Below are positions 30,799-32,000 of a DNA stretch of 32,000 bases, piece by piece; the first letter of the stretch is position 1; every line of letters starts with the position of its first letter. The DNA is from Mesobacillus jeotgali (GTDB lineage Bacteria > Bacillota > Bacilli > Bacillales > Cytobacillaceae): the NCBI RefSeq assembly GCF_002874535.1, contig NZ_CP025025.1:883526-915525 (forward strand), given 5' to 3'. The notes under the pieces were generated by a model. It made no database searches, was not told the DNA's origin, and saw only the letters and a list, made by a program, of their open reading frames with translations. The position numbers and the translations under genes are program-made.

Positions 30799-31863
30799 AT
30801 GGGGAAAGTACTTATGAAGGGTAACGAGGTTATTGCGGAAGCAGCTGTCCATGCGGGCTGCAAATATTTTTTTGGCTATCCGATCACACCGCAGAGTGAG
30901 CTCGTTGCCTATATGGCCAGAAGGCTGCCCGAGGTTGGCGGGTTATTTTTACAGGCGGAAAGTGAAGTGGCTGCAATCAATATGGTGTATGGCGCGGCCG
31001 GAACCGGTGTGCGTGTGATGACATCATCATCGAGTCCAGGATTCAGCTTGAAGCAGGAAGGAATCTCATACCTGGTTGGAGCAGAGCTCCCGGCCCTGAT
31101 TGTGAATGTCGTCCGGGGAGGACCAGGACTCGGCAATATCCAGCCGGCACAATCGGACTATTTCCAGGTGACAAAAGGGGGAGGCCATGGTGATTACCAT
31201 ACACCTGTCCTTGCTCCGTCAACGCTTCAGGAAATCATAGACCTGACAGAAGCAGCTTTTGATATCGCTGATCAATATCGTACTCCGGTTATTTTACTTG
31301 GTGACGGCATGCTCGGACAGATGATGGAACCAGTTGAGTTCAAGGAGCTGAATGAAAGGGATCCAGAACAGAAGGAATGGGCTACGACCGGTACCCGCGG
31401 AGATGGCAAACCTAGAATTATCTCCTCGCTTGAATTAAATGCCGATGCGCTTGAAAAGCGGAATGAACTTTTACAGAAAAAGTTTGCATTGATTAAGCAA
31501 AATGAAGTCAGATACGAAACGTTTGAAATCGATGATGCTGATTATATCGTAACTGCTTATGGAACAGCAGCAAGAATTGCAATGAATGCAATCAATCAAG
31601 CGCGAAAAGACGGCCTGAAAATCGGGATGATACGTCCAATTACGCTGTGGCCATTCCCTGAGCAACCTTTCATTGAAACACGTGACAGGGTAAAGGGCTA
31701 TCTTTCAGTGGAGATGAGCGCAGGGCAGATGGTTGAGGATGTCAGACTCGCTGTCGAAGGCAGGGCCCCTGTTTCGTTCTTTGGGCGAACTGGCGGTGTC
31801 GTTCCTACCCAGGAAGAGATTTATGATCAAATCATCAAACTGGCCGGGGGTGTTGAGGTATGA
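30799..31863 (+). CDS. 2-oxoacid:ferredoxin oxidoreductase alpha subunit (VorB/PorA/KorA-like)
   Basis: ATG at 30799 lies 8 nt after AAAGGAG. GNEVIAEAAVHAGCKYFFGYPITPQSE...FLQAESEVAAINMVYGAAGTGVRVMTSSSSPG is the conserved OFOR alpha N-terminus. Confidence 0.9.
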   Translation: MGKVLMKGNEVIAEAAVHAGCKYFFGYPITPQSELVAYMARRLPEVGGLFLQAESEVAAINMVYGAAGTGVRVMTSSSSPGFSLKQEGISYLVGAELPALIVNVVRGGPGLGNIQPAQSDYFQVTKGGGHGDYHTPVLAPSTLQEIIDLTEAAFDIADQYRTPVILLGDGMLGQMMEPVEFKELNERDPEQKEWATTGTRGDGKPRIISSLELNADALEKRNELLQKKFALIKQNEVRYETFEIDDADYIVTAYGTAARIAMNAINQARKDGLKIGMIRPITLWPFPEQPFIETRDRVKGYLSVEMSAGQMVEDVRLAVEGRAPVSFFGRTGGVVPTQEEIYDQIIKLAGGVEV

Positions 31864-31865
31864 CA

Positions 31866-32000
31866 ATGAAAACAGTATTCGAGAAAACAACTGGATTGAC
31901 TGATAACCAGACGCACTATTGTCCTGGCTGTACGCACGGTATCATCCACAGGATGGTCGGCGAAGTGCTTGAGGAAATGGGGATTCTTGAAGATACAGTT
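31866..32000 (+). CDS. 2-oxoacid:ferredoxin oxidoreductase beta (TPP-binding) subunit, 5' part only
   Basis: ATG lies 2 nt after the alpha stop. MKTVFEKTTGLTDNQTHYCPGCTHGIIHRMVGEVLEEMG carries the YCPGCxHG motif of OFOR beta subunits. The frame is open to the window edge. Confidence 0.85.
   Translation, partial: MKTVFEKTTGLTDNQTHYCPGCTHGIIHRMVGEVLEEMGILEDTV

Overview
This is a low-GC, Bacillaceae-type chromosomal segment; the sporulation-associated pair prkA-yhbH sits at the left edge. It carries about 30 protein genes with clear Shine-Dalgarno (SD) sites and many rho-independent terminators. I saw no rRNA, tRNA, CRISPR array, transposase or integrase.

Gene content, left to right:
- prkA (5' partial), a small hydrophilic ORF, and yhbH.
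- A YvpB-like C39 peptidase and an OpuD-like BCCT transporter.
- An MMPL transporter encoded as two overlapping ORFs, followed by a TetR regulator.
- deoR and nupC, with cre-like sites upstream.
- An NRDE protein, a nitronate-monooxygenase-like flavoenzyme and an aldo/keto reductase.
- A CxxC thioredoxin-like protein, a membrane protein, DegV and a Gfo/Idh/MocA oxidoreductase.
- A six-gene minus-strand operon for a Tat-exported PsrA/PhsA-type molybdoenzyme. The order is rhodanese lipoprotein, catalytic subunit, 4x[4Fe-4S] subunit, NrfD anchor, TorD-like chaperone, triple-rhodanese lipoprotein. This matches the srrEABCDF selenite-reductase operon layout as I recall it.
- A purine permease behind a guanine riboswitch.
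- A cassette with a doubtful small upstream ORF and a protein combining an RNxxxH (HEPN-like) N-domain with a CBS pair.
- A small acidic Cys-containing protein.
- A P-loop NTPase leading a four-subunit-type 2-oxoacid:ferredoxin oxidoreductase operon, which runs off the right edge.

The least explained content is non-coding:
- An exact 7 x 52-bp tandem hairpin-repeat array (15749-16112).
- Five copies of a TCGCGGAAT core phased at exactly 21 bp (28100-28204). Related copies lie inside and downstream of the adjacent CBS gene.
- Alternating inverted repeats (28215-28289), related to a hairpin at 1727-1755.
- A GC-rich island of about 230 bp (6291-6522).
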